59,182 nt of DNA, filler included, from Asterionella formosa (GCA_002256025.1; 5 parts of 5 records of this genome joined end to end with filler, not necessarily neighbours in it), one strand, 5' to 3'. Positions 11,231-23,651 are shown, counted from the first letter of the whole stretch. Notes: a model not told the origin generated them from the sequence alone. Translations and numbers: made by a program.

Positions 11231-11690
11231 ACAAAAGTCGACAGTGCACATACTCACACGCTAATCAGGTTTGAGGAAACGGACAGTGGCTCCAACGAGC
11301 GAATAATGATACCACGAGTACCAATTTTTCCAGCAAAAGAACTTGTCTCTCTATTGATGAGGATGACACGGACACCGACTTTTCTAGGAGCAAATAACAA
11401 TGAAGAAACCCACTTGTCGCTCTATTGATGTTAACAAAGATGCGGACAAGTTCAACAGTGAATACAAGAACAACATACCAATGAAAACAAGTCGACAGTG
11501 TGTGTACGCACACTCCAAGCAGGTTTGAGGCAACGGACAATTCCAACAAGCAAATGACGATACAGATATCAAATTCTTCCTACGAGCAAACAACAATGAA
11601 AAGAGCCACTTGCTTTCGCTCTCTTGCTTGATGGTATCAAAGATGCGGACAAGTTCAATAGTTAATTCAAGTACAGTATGCCAAATGCAG
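11231..11690. repeat. Two imperfect tandem units of ~200-250 bp
   Basis: AAGTCGACAGTG...CAGGTTTGAGG and AAAGATGCGGACAAGTTCAA each occur twice (units start ~11231 and ~11484). Confidence 0.8.
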
Positions 11691-11784
11691 AAACGAGCGA
11701 GCGATATGAAAATGAAATGCGTTCTAATCAGAATCATTCTATAACTATAGCTATGTGGACAGTAGTCTGTTACGCACATTTTCG

Positions 11785-11884
11785 NNNNNNNNNNNNNNNN
11801 NNNNNNNNNNNNNNNNNNNNNNNNNNNNTTAATTAATTAANNNNNNNNNNNNNNNNNNNNNNNNNNNNNNNNNNNNNNNNNNNN
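11785..11884. other. Artificial contig spacer
   Basis: N44-TTAATTAATTAA-N44; the core carries stops in all six frames. Confidence 0.98.
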
Positions 11885-12445
11885 GAAAAGCATTTATCCA
11901 TGGGATTCTAGAGCACTGGTAATAGTTAAGAGGAATAGTGTATGATTTTATGCAGTTACAATGTCCAAATGAATTATTGCTGTTCCATTTTTAATCCAAA
12001 CACAGTTCCAGTACATTACCTTATACTCCCTCACAAAGTATACCTACTAGTACATACCGTAAGTTCACTGGTGAAACATGTATCATCGTGGTACCAGCTG
12101 CAATACCAGTATATCGCTCTCGGTGTGAGTGATATGCTGATGATGTGATGCTCGATTTCGATATCAAGCATAACATCCAAGCTGATTCTGGATTCCGTTT
12201 CTCCATATACTCGTGTGTACAATTTGTCGTATGTAGCTACCTGGTACAAACGAAACACACCGACCTCAGTGTCCGGTAAAATGGTTGTGCAACTCATCAT
12301 TACACTTTTCAGCCAAGTATAAAGGCGAGCATAATAAAGACTAGACAAGTACATTTATCAAGCAGCAAGGATTCCGCTGGTAGTAGATCTACACAGTCTT
12401 CCGGGTTCCCTGTAGGGAATAAGCACGATAACGACGCCATCACCA

Positions 12446-15400
12446 TGGCAAAAGCTCATTCGAATGCTGATGGCGGTGCTGGAAGTGGAAAGCAAAATCT
12501 CATCACCTACACAAACTAGCAGCAATAAAGTGGTTAAAGGAAGAGAGGAAATCTCAGGAAAAATGAGAAAAATAGTACCAATTAATGCATTTAACTATGA
12601 TCACGACGATGTCGAACAAGCGCTGGCGTCGATTCATAAAGTGTTTGCAGCAAAGCTGGCGAGAGCAAAGGAAACCGCCAAAGACTACGAACTACGTACG
12701 CAGCACAACATTCAGGCAGCACAACAGGAACAGGATAAAGAGTTCACGTCGAACCTAAAGAAGGTCACCAGGCAAAAACCAGTGCTGGTAATATGCTTCT
12801 TGCGGCTGGCGGAACACAAGGTACTCTGATGGACATGGAACTCGCAAAGTACGACAGCAAATCTTCCTTGATTCCAGGAACTGCAATGCCTCCTCCATCA
12901 CAAATTGCAAGTCCATTGGACACAAAAATGAAAGTATTGCCTAGTGCTCCGGGTACAACACTCAATGTTGAGGCACTTGGGTTACCAATGATACAGTGGA
13001 AAATGAAGGTCAGAGTTACAGTGAAGGCTACAAAATCTATCATTGAAAACGAAACAGATTTCTTTGAACAAGTGCATGTATTACTTGGCAAGATGTTAGA
13101 GCTTGATCCTGCGCTGCAGCTCTTTCTTCTGGAGACACAACAGAAGACATTTCGATTCATGCTATGAGAGGTTTGTCGTCTGATACTAGAGAGAAGTTAT
13201 CATCCAACGCACCAATCTAAAACAGCAGCATATCGATAGCTTTCTTCATATCAGGTCTCATCATTCCAGCAACACACTCAAGCAACATATTCTACCATAT
13301 CTCAAATCATCCAAAGTGTATATGGAGGAATATTACATAAAGAGTCTCAAAGAGGGGGTCCAAGAAGTTGGATGGTTGTTTGGAATTTTTTTTTCTAGTT
13401 GGGGGTAAAATCTTGGCTAAACAAGAAATGCTGGGCACCACAGCACTCAAGATGGACTATCAGATCCGCATACAGAGTATCAGGTTTCAGAAATTTGGCA
13501 TTAATTATTCTTCTCACGCTTGGAAGATAGCGCTAGTAAAAGTACAGCCATGCAAACCTACGATGCAATCACAAAGGTTCTACCAATTTCTGAAACTTCA
13601 ACAGTGGGTTTTGTTGGGTATAATGCATTAAACTTCGCAACCAAAGAGGACTATGAATCCATTGCACAATACTATTCCATCCAAACATGGCTGCGCGCTC
13701 TGATATTAAAAAATTATTATATCACAAATTGTTGTACCCATAACCGCAAAATTTGCGCTTGTTGTTGACCAAATTTTTTACACTTAAAAATAACAGTGCA
13801 TTATATAAGAAGATGTTTAGGCATGAATGACCACATATAATTTCCCGGAATATTTCAAGACTTGCTTGCTCATACCCAAAATGGCTTGCTCTTACAAAAC
13901 AAAATGTCGGTATGCATATACATATACACATCAATCATCCTAAGGTTTCATCAATTGTCTGCTTCCAGTTTTGTTGTGATCATGTCTTCTTGCTTACAAT
14001 CCACCTGCAATACAATATTAGTGGTTGCAGCCACTATCGATTCATTTGCAATGTCTGCACTGATTGATGAGCGACTATAAGGCGAAATGAAGAAACTGAG
14101 CACGCTATATCATTCTATACATTTGTTAGTTAGCTTTAATGTCACTACATCGTCAACACTGCCATAAACTAAAATACATTTGCTTTGCTTGTAAATAAGA
14201 TATTGTGTTCACTACAGACCATTGTCACTGTAGCATCCTTTGTACAATGGCGTTCACAGCATGGAACTTATTTTCCAGACAAAACATAGTCCACTGACTT
14301 TTTCCGCTGGTACATCATTGTCTCCATCTACAAGCTGCAATACATTTGGATTTCCTGCCAATTGCTCTTGCTTTGAAATTGATTTTCAATGTCATCAAGA
14401 CTGGATTGATCTCAAATGCATCTGTCCCCATGGGAACTGATACGATCTTGTTTTTGAAAGTCGGAAATAAGTTGGGCTTGCTGTCAATCGCTCGCGCCTT
14501 TGATGACATTGATTTTTAATTTCATCGAAAACTTGACTGATTTCACATCCATTCCTATGGGGATTGATAAGAACTTGTCGTTGAAAAGCGGGAATAGGTT
14601 GGGCTCGGTCCATAGCATGGGCGAAAAGAGATGCAAGTTCATCTGAATGTCTTCATTTTGGAGTGAAAAGTCGCTCTTGGAGAGCAATACCTCGTTGTGA
14701 AAGTTCTGTTGGCCGGATTTGACGATCAAAGGCTTGCTTCTTGAGAAAAGCTGAAATTTCTATGTGGTCTCTGTCTCCTTTTTTAAGTTCACTCATGGCA
14801 TCATCCTTGTCATTGGGAGATGAAAGGTAAGCCGACATGCTGGCCAGTAACTAACACTGGTGAAATTATATAACTCAGGTGGACAATGAACAAGAGGCCG
14901 CATAACACGCAAGAGGATGCATCGCTATGAAACTATAACTGTAAAAAATTAAGTTAAATTTATATAAAATGTCAGATGACTAATCTAAAATATCTTGATT
15001 GTCAGAGCGCGACGACGTTATTATGTATCAAATCGCCAAACTAATTTGTGTTATAAAACACACCTGATATAATAATTTTTTAATATCAGAGCACGCCAAC
15101 TACTTGCAGGACAAAGTTGATGCACAAGTTCACTGATGTGGATACCCCATTGCGCTTACAAGGTAAAACCACAACATTTAGAAACTTCATGTTAGAGTCT
15201 GTTGGTACATCAGGAAATTGCTTGATGTTGGATGCTGACTATGCAGCAAATGGCAAACATATCAGGATTTTCCCGAAAGATCATGAACAAGCAGCATACT
15301 TGAGAGCCAAAGAATTCAATAGTCTTATCTTAAAAGAATATAGCAGAAATACCCCACAATCCTTTTCGATGAAGCAGGTACCACTCAGTGGAGCTACTAC

Positions 15401-16367
15401 GCTAAAAGATTAGCAAGCAGTTGCAGCTCTTCTAACAAGGTTCAAGAGGCTTCCAATCATGGTTCCGACAAGGAGTGTCCCTGGTAAATCAGATACATCG
15501 GACATTTCCACAACTATTGAGGTAAAAAAGCCAATAAAATCCTGGGCTCAAACTGCGACAATTGGCTCCACATCACAGGGTACTGCTCTGACGACAGATT
15601 CAACTCAGAATACAGAGTTCGATACACAAAGGCTGGAGGACTATCTTACGGAACTATTAAACCGTCAAAACCAGACAGACACAGCAATGCAGCGACTTGA
15701 TGTTACTCTCAACCAGCTACTCTCTCTGCAAGAAATGGCGTCTCTCCAGGCGCAAAAGACCACAGAAACTGTTGACAAAATGGTATCACAAGTTACGCGC
15801 ACAAACAGTACAGTGGATACTCTGGTGCATGCCTTGGTTGCACAAGGGATCCTTCCAGGATTCAGTTCCTCTAGATTGCCTCCAGAACAAGATCAACACC
15901 TTACACAGACTTTTGACATGAGTCAACAGGAACCTCAACCAAGTCCGGGGAATTCTGGACGAGTTGTAGCGGAAATTTTCACGATAGCGCAAACATCCTT
16001 GTCTTGGGCATCTCGACAAAGGGAACCAGTCAATACCTGGCAAATTACGAAGGGCCGGAAAAGGAAGAGTATCAGCCCAGGTACACTCCCTAATGTAGAA
16101 ATTCCTCAATCACCATCTAGGTACTCAGTTTTGGATGATATGGAGGAAGAGGAAGACATTTACGGCGTTCTGGTCCCAGAGTCTGGTAATATTAAGATTG
16201 AGGAATCCAGCTATCAATCTGTTTTGGTAGCAACTCTCGAAAGGAGTGACTATTCATTGATCCAATCTCAAGTCGACGAGATTGTCTCTATGAACCAGTC
16301 AGGTAACATTGAAACAAATCAAAATGATCAAAGTCCAAATAATCCATCGAAAACTGATAAATGTTAG
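12446..16367 (+). pseudogene. LINE ORF1, interrupted by the TIR element at 13693-15097
   Basis: Chain of + strand ORFs (12464, 12793, 13520, 15117, 15459) directly upstream of the APE domain. ORF 13520 and ORF 15117 rejoin in frame when the insertion is removed. Confidence 0.65.
13693..15097. mobile_element. ~1.4-kb non-autonomous TIR element inserted in LINE ORF1
   Basis: GCGCGCTCTGATATTAAAAAATTATTATATCA (13693-13724) matches the reverse complement of 15065-15096 at 31/32. No transposase motif is recognisable inside. Confidence 0.88.
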
Positions 16368-19300
16368 CGCAACGCAACATGAATAGTCCAGTACTTCAGT
16401 CTACAGAGGTCAACCAAGTAGACAATGCACACTTTTTGTGCACATCATCCTCAAATGTGGAACAGCAACAAGCACAACAACTCAAACACATACTCAGAAC
16501 TACAAAAAACGAAACAAAATCTTAAACCAAGAAATACCACATTCTCTCCGCAGGAACTCTGGGGAGACGTCATGCACGACAACCAAGACAATACTTTTAG
16601 AGTATATTTTCAAAACATATGCGGCTTGCACCTCCTCCAAAGAACGGCAATGGACTTACAATTTTATATGGAAACAATGAAAAACTACCAAGTGGGTCTT
16701 TATGGATGGTCAGAAAAAACAAACACGAATTGGCTGAATGTCGAAACACAAATGGAATACAGATAAAGATCGGCAAGGACATTTGAAACTGCAAAAAGTT
16801 CTTTTTCAACCAGCTCCATTCCCTCACTTTCGAATTATAAACCAGGGGACATGGTCACAACAGTAATAGGAAAATGGTGTGGTCAAGCAGATCATGACTC
16901 TGGCATGGACAAGACGGGCATGGGGCGTTGGAGCTACATTTTACTCAAAGAAAAAACAATGTGGTCATAACAGTGATTATGGCATACAGGGGTATCACAG
17001 GTTTCCATGCCATAGCAGGGAGAATTCACAACATATCATCAAGAACACATGGTGATGTCTAACCAGGGTAATCTGGCACCAAATCCGAGACAGCAGTCTA
17101 TTACAGATATGACACTATCTATTCAGGAGCAACAAACTATGGGAAGGGAAATACTTCTCATGATGGGTGCAAATGAGGAAACGAGTCAAACAAATAGAGT
17201 CATTGTCAATCTTCTTCATGATTGCTCACTATTTAATTTAATGGAGGCAATCCACCCAGGGAAAGCAACTCCAACAACGTATGACAGAGGTACCAAAACA
17301 ATTGATCATATGTTTGGTAATCTCCAGGTTATAAATTCGATGACAAGAGGGGGCTATTTACCCTTTTATCATTTCATTCAGGCTGACCACCATGATAATA
17401 ACAAGAGGCTATCAATTGATGCTAAATATACCCATTAAACATGGGTTCGCCCCAAGACGATGGCAAAACGCGGTATTGGTCCTGTTAGAAAAGGATCCTG
17501 GCAGCTCAACAAAACTTTCGTGACTTAGAAACATACATCTGTTTGAGGCAGATTACAATATGTTTCTTAAGCTGATCTGGGGCTGCAGATTAGTTTGGCA
17601 CACAGAAGATTATGGCCAGCTGGTAGATGACATGCAAGGGTCCAGAAAACACCGAAGAACAATGGACTTAATATCCAAAAAAGTGCTCAGCTACAATATT
17701 TCCCGTCAATATAGATCAAATATGGCAATTTTCGACATGACGCAGCCAGCTGTTATGAATACCGCCTACATTAGCAGTAATGGCACACTCAGAAACAAAC
17801 ATTAAGGCAAATGAAGTATACAGTGAAAACAATATATGGCATCTCGGATAAGCACTACAGTGGAACAGATACTCAGCCACTTGCGGGCACAGGTCAGGGC
17901 AGTGGAGCTTCCCCAGCCATGTGGCTTACCATCTGCATAGTTATTATCCAGGCATACTGCAAATGGGCTCCAAAAAGAATGAAGTTCATGGTGGTTCCAA
18001 CCGGAAGCATAGCATCAGAACAAAGGGTGGATGCTTTTGTCGATGACACCTCAATTGGTATCAGGGACTATCCAAAAGAGGCATCTTTGTCAGCCCTCAC
18101 AATGCTCCAACTCTTGGAGAAGTGTGCTCAACTATGGAAAAATCTACCATTTGCCTCAGGGGGGGGGCTCTTGAACTCAGTAAATGTTATTACTACATGG
18201 TTCACTGGCATTGGGATATCCAAGGGTATCCGAAACTTACAGAATTTCGCACCCATTTGGATAACATTGGAGAACACAATTTTGGGGAGGGAGCTTCTAG
18301 GTCATTAAAGATTACTTCGGGAACCGATAGGACTCCTGTAGTGATTTGCAACAAATCAGTGAAAATCAGTTCAACAATACTTGGAGTAATGGTACCTGTG
18401 AACAAGAACTGGGAAGAAAAAATTAGCAGGATGACGAAGAAAAGTGATACATATGCGCAAGGCTAACAATGTCACATCGTCACCACCGCTGTGACGCAAA
18501 TCTATCCAATAGGATTATTTGGGCTACCCAACAAACCTACTCGCTTCCAATCACTTGTATATCATTAAAATCGCTTGAAAGCATTCAAAAATGTGCCAGA
18601 CAGGCATCTCTCAGTAAGATGGGATACAGCCAACATTTACCAAAGGCAGTTGTACATGGTCCCCTGTCATGCGGGGGGTTGAATATGGGGAATCTCATGT
18701 ATGAACAGGGCATATGGGGTCTTGCCAATCTCCAGGGCCATTTGTAGTATGCGCAAGATAATGGACATGTCCATCAGCACAAAGGTGGAAATTTTATTAG
18801 TCAGTATCAACACAACAACTTTGGCAGCAAACCAAAACAACATGGCTACTCCACAGACCTATAACAACATCGCGACTGTCAACCATGTGCCATCCAGAGG
18901 GGTCTGCAACTGCTCATAAATTGCCAGAAAAGGGGGTTTGTCTCTCCGACGTTACTCCAAATTGGAAGGCTACATATAGACAAACACTCACAACAGATGG
19001 TTCACATGTTATCTCTTCCCCAAGTACATTTCAAAATCATCTAGGTACATTCCCAATGTACTTAAAAAAGTTTGATACACTCTCTAAAATATAAGACTGC
19101 GACAAAATCGAGGCTAATACGCCACCTGAAACTGGGACTTCTGTGCCGAATGGGAACAGACGGCTCACTTAAGGATGGGGCATCCTCCTACGCATGGTCA
19201 TTATGTCTGAAAAGTGGAAATACGAATATACCATGGGAAACAGTTTCTTGCTCAGGCCCCCTAGTTGATGGGGAGCCAGAGGGAAACAGCTCTACATGAG

Positions 19301-20577
19301 CTGAGCTATTTGCAGTCGCCTCAGTTTCGCGGTTCTTTACAGAATTTATTAAGTATCATGCAGTGAATACATCGAGCACTTTGTATATCTGGAGTGATAG
19401 CGCTGTGGCAATCAAACAGGTCCAGGTTATCAAGGAAGGCATATCTAGGGGTAGACCTCCTCTTAATGCTGACATTGCCTCAATAATCCAAGAGCTTGTT
19501 GGTAGTACACCAATTGAAATGAAAGTGGATTGGTTAAGATCGCATCAACACCCATCTAGAGACATTGACGGACTCTTGCTGTCAGCGAAACTAAATGTAA
19601 GAGCAGATGCTCTGGCGGAGCGATATCTTCTGATGCATCCCAGAAGTCAAACCGGCTATCCGCATCCAAATACTCCACATTTTCCACAAATGGGAGCCAG
19701 CATGCTTATCGGCAACACAAGAATAAACAGTGCAACTTCTCACAGAGTGAGAGTTGCGATACAACAAAAACTGTACAAGAAATTCTTCTCAGAAAAACAT
19801 AGCATAGAGTTTTCTAACTCAAATATTCATTGGGTGGCATTTTTTCAAGCATTCAAAGCCAAATCGGCAAATGAACGAGAGATGATCATAAAGTTCATCC
19901 ATGGCTGATTACCAACAGGCTCAAGACGAGCTCTCGAGCACATCCGGTCCTCATTGCAAAGAATTTGAAACCACAGAGCATCTCCTCACCTGTACTAACA
20001 ATTCAAAAATGAGGTACAATCGAGGTCTCCGAATGACGTTTTTTGATTCTCAGCTTCGCAAAGTGCCAGGAGGACACCACATCACTCACGTTGTTTTCGT
20101 GGCCTACATACATCATTTGTTAAGCAACCAGTCCTCTGCATTCGCCATTCACTCTGGAAACAATTCATCAGGAACCACTAAGGAGGCTATCATAAGGCGG
20201 TGTCTCATCAACAGCAAATCGGCAAGGTTTTGACTCTAAGAGGATACCTGACAAAGACATGGAGTGAGGCCATGCTCACAGATCTTGATCAAGACATCAC
20301 ATCATCTTAGGCACAGAAATGGACAATGGTGGCGATCTCACAATTGTGGGGGTTAGCATCCAAAGCATGGGAGGAACAGAATCATGCCTTACGCAAAGAC
20401 AAAAATGCGACCATAGCCCAATCTGAAATGGACGTAAAATTCCAAGAATACTATCACAACCAGCAAACTATTAGTACCAGGGACGTCCACCTGTTTACCC
20501 AACCTCTCCAGGATTTAATTAGGGCCAGATTGGGCACCAAAAGGAGATTTCTGGAAAAAGCAGCCTTCCTATTTTAG

Positions 20578-21250
20578 GATTCAGCTCGGAAGATTGACGA
20601 CTGAAAATCTATTTTGGATGCTTCATTAAGAAAATCGACATAAAACATTTGAAGATTTCCGCGCAGCATCAATGGCGCCAATCCACCACATATTTGACAG
20701 CAGTCATGAGCCCAGTAATCCGGAATGGTGTCCTGTAAAAGCAAATAAAAGAATTGTAAAGGAAACTATCAGAACATTGATGACAACAAGGAAATGTTCG
20801 ATTGTTAATTGAAAATGTTGGCAAAAGGATGAAAGATGAGAAGCTCAAAGCATTACATTAGTCAATTGATACGAAAATGAATGAGGCGATGAACAATGCT
20901 GTTGCAAGAGGTTGTTCAGAAGCAAAATGTTCGCTGTCTCCCGAAGCCTGCTTTATCGAGCAGCGTTAGTGGCAGGACACAAGGCGCTGATAAATACATG
21001 TCAGATGTACATGAAATGTTGGGGATTACAATGTCAACCCAACAACAAACATTTTGGAGTCAGCGGCAAAAAAGCGAACAAATGATGCTGAATACAAGAA
21101 AAAACCCGTAAGGAAACTCAAACGAAGCAAAGCAATCCATGCATAATGCACGATTTTAATTAGTGAAACAAGAAAAGACCGACAAGAAAGAGGAAGAACT
21201 TATGAATCAGATATAGCAGTCACCATCGATGCTGAAGGAAGAGTTCAACC
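20578..21250 (+). mobile_element. Mutator-like transposase C-terminal remnant
   Basis: Across frameshifts: RLKIYFGCFIK, NRHKTFEDFRAASMAPIHHIFDSSHEPSNPEWCPVK, IDTKMNEAMNNAVA, EMLGITMS. Fits the HxFxxHxxCxxxWC ... TxxNExxN ... LGI pattern of Mutator-like transposases. Confidence 0.65.
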
Positions 21251-21262
21251 TCCAAGAAATGC

Positions 21263-21712
21263 AAACATTGCGGACTTACTGATCATTTGAGAAGGACAAA
21301 TGAAGAACTGTATGGAAAAACATAGGAAGAACAAGTGACTTAGATGATGATAGAAGTGGATGATAAAATTAGAATACGATATGAACCAGCCAATGAGGGC
21401 ACGTGCAGGAGGAGGACAAATACTTATTTCTTCTTCCTGTTGACGTTTGAATTAAGCGTCACAACATATATCAAAAACGTCGGTGGGTGGAATCAGTGGA
21501 CTTAGCCTACAATGCCTGGCACCGCACCAAGGTTGCAGGTAACAATGATGAAGGCAGGCATCCAAGGGTAAGGAAGAAACCAACATGAATGTGGTTGGAG
21601 TGTCTTGCAGGAGGGCACAAGTGAATTTTTTTAGTTTGTTTTTAATGTACTTTAAATATTATTTATGAAATCAAACATTGCGGACTTACTGGTCATTTGA
21701 GAAGGACAAATG
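21263..21712. repeat. 40-bp direct repeat pair (21263-21302 and 21673-21712)
   Basis: AAACATTGCGGACTTACTGRTCATTTGAGAAGGACAAATG twice, one mismatch, 410 bp apart. Confidence 0.9.
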
Positions 21713-22696
21713 CATGATTTCCATACAGCAAAATATGACACAAACACCACCTTATGGTGAACTAATACATGAAACTACTGATGCATCAAATACATGTGGT
21801 TCAAGTATTGCTGACACAATTTTACAAGACTGGGATACTCCAGCCGATCTGGAGCAGGTGAGTAAATTCAATTCAACCAATCTGAATATGTGTAGTGGTG
21901 CGGGAACTTACCATGGGAGTCTTTTCGGACAGAGAATTATGCAGGGAAGAATTCCTAGGCAAGACTCCTATATCTACGAGAAAATTTTCAAATGTAAAAA
22001 TTCCGATTTCAATATTGTTTTGGCGACTGTTGAAAAAGCCGATCAGGTCGACTTTTTGGAGGAGGATTGCTGATTGCTCTACATCTGCTGCTGGGTTTCA
22101 TGAACATTAAAATAGATACTAGCCATGTACCCTAGCTATAACATCAGGAGTTAACTTCTGGAGAGAAACTGCAGTTATGTACCGCAGATTTTTTTAAAGC
22201 TTCATAGCCCCTTTTTGACTATTTTTGGGATAGTTGAGAATCTATGATACATAACTGGCTGGAGTTTCCCTCCAGAAAGCAATGAGGTCCTTACCATATC
22301 TGAAGATAGAACATACCCCTAAGTCAAGAAATGACAGTATCTCAGCATTAGCAAATTGGTCATATTGGTGAAAGCTAATTTTACCTTTAACTATTTTATT
22401 TAGTTGTTCATAATGTGTGATTGAGGTACATCATTAAAATATTTTGGATAAAAGCAGACCTTGCAATGTGTAACTGTGGGGCTACAACCTTAAGCAATGT
22501 AGATATAGTATAAATGTTTAAATATCATTTTTGTTAGTTTAAAATGGAACTCTATCAATCTGGCGTGGATTAGTATTTGATTCAAATATTCAAAGGGACA
22601 CCTGAATCATGGGAATTCACAGAAGCAAACTCCTTGTTCCATGCCGATTTTACAACCCTAGTTACATTTTCTCCAAACTAGGGTTAAGCCGCCCAA

Positions 22697-22722
22697 CTAA
22701 CCCTAACCCTAATCCTAACCCC
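22697..22722 (+). repeat. Short interstitial telomere-like tract upstream of the mucin-like gene
   Basis: CTAACCCTAACCCTAATCCTAACCCC, with AACCCTA and TAGGGTTA nearby (22653-22688). Confidence 0.6.
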
Positions 22723-22809
22723 GACCAGTCCACGAGCAATTTGCTCATGGACTTGAGGGTAAAGGTTACTTGAGAAACCGACGCTTGCTTATTGCTTGCT
22801 CACACAAGC

Positions 22810-23651
22810 ATGACAGATGTGTTATTGCCAATCCGTCACGAAATTAAAATGTATTTGATTCTTTTATGCGGTCTCCTCATTCCTTGCGGCGCTGCAGCAG
22901 AATCGAACCTCCGAGGCCTCCTGCAGCGCCTTTTGAACTCCAGTATAGTAGAATGGAAAATGGGTCGGAACGGCGGTGCTGGCAATTTCGCTACTGTGTG
23001 GAGTTTGCCAATCCCAAGCTCTCCGTCAACTAACTCGCCAACCAAAGTTCCAACCCGTAAAGCAGTACACAGCCACGTGAAAAGAGTAACAACAACACAA
23101 AACGAAACACCAGTTACGATACCTACCAGTAGAGTTCAAGATGTTCAACTAGCACTAGTTCAAGGAGCGACAGTAACATCATCTCAAACTAAAATACCAG
23201 TGACACCAGCTATCAAGCCAACCTCCCAGTCAATTAGTTTTCCTACCACCCAGTCCACCAGCAATCCCACTAGTTTTCCTACCATCCAGTCGACGAGGAG
23301 CAAGCCCACTAGTTTTCCTACCATCCAGTCCACAAACAAGCCGACCTCCCAGACAACCAGTTTTCCTACCACCCAGTCCACAAGCAAGCCAACTAGTTTT
23401 CCTACCATCCAGTCCACAAGCAAGCCGACCTCCCAGTCCACGATCAAGCCAACTAGTTTTCCTACCATCCAGTCAACGAAAAAGCCGACATCCCAGCCAA
23501 CTACTTTTCCTACCATCCAGTCCACGAGCAAGCCAACTAGCTTTCCCACCACCCAGTTCACAAGCAAGCCGACCTCCCAGCCAACTACTTTACCTACCAT
23601 CCAGTCCACGAGCAAGCCAACAAACATAACAACTAAACACACCAAACTAAA
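22810..23651 (+). CDS. Secreted mucin-like Pro/Thr/Ser-repeat protein, 3' truncated by contig end; paralog of 1739-2768
   Basis: Signal peptide MYLILLCGLLIPCGAAA followed by ESNLRG, then 12/16-aa repeats KPTS(QPTT)FPTIQSTS. Start may be ATG 22810 or 22849. Confidence 0.85.

Larger units (their letters stand above)
3458..11784. mobile_element. Large decayed multi-gene DNA transposon (Plavaka/CACTA-like); boundaries uncertain, cut by contig end
   Basis: Cluster of stop/frameshift-broken ORFs including a transposase-like C-terminus, a Ulp1-like protease and a dioxygenase. Parts recur elsewhere in the window (55075-55976 inverted, 58250-58424 direct, 1070-1499 diverged inverted). Confidence 0.6.
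12446..20577 (+). mobile_element. Decayed non-LTR retrotransposon (long ORF1; ORF2 with APE, RT, RNase H), Ambal-like
   Basis: APE: FRVYFQNICGL, MGRWSYI, ILLMMGANE, TTYDRGTKTIDH. RT: LLEKDPG, IHLFEADYN, GTGQGSGASPAMW, AFVDDTS, GGALELSKCYYY, VVHGPLSCGGL. RNase H: GTDGS, ST*AEL, IWSDS, WLRSHQ, LNVRADALA. C-terminal PHCKEFETTEHLLTC. Many stops and frameshifts. Confidence 0.92.

Noticed and set aside
11829..11840. TTAATTAATTAA palindrome repeated four times at ~11.8-kb spacing
   Set aside because: Always centred in N44 blocks; a synthetic six-frame stop linker, not biology.
21460..21560. GGWN motif suggesting a Crypton tyrosine recombinase
   Set aside because: Only four residues, with no supporting catalytic motifs.
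23210..23620. Regular 36/48-nt repeats resembling a CRISPR array
   Set aside because: No unique spacers, unit lengths are multiples of 3 and encode a PTS-rich stalk, and there are no cas genes.
23184..23645. Hydrophobic VGKLVGLLVDW repeat ORF on the minus strand
   Set aside because: Antisense shadow of the mucin-like gene.
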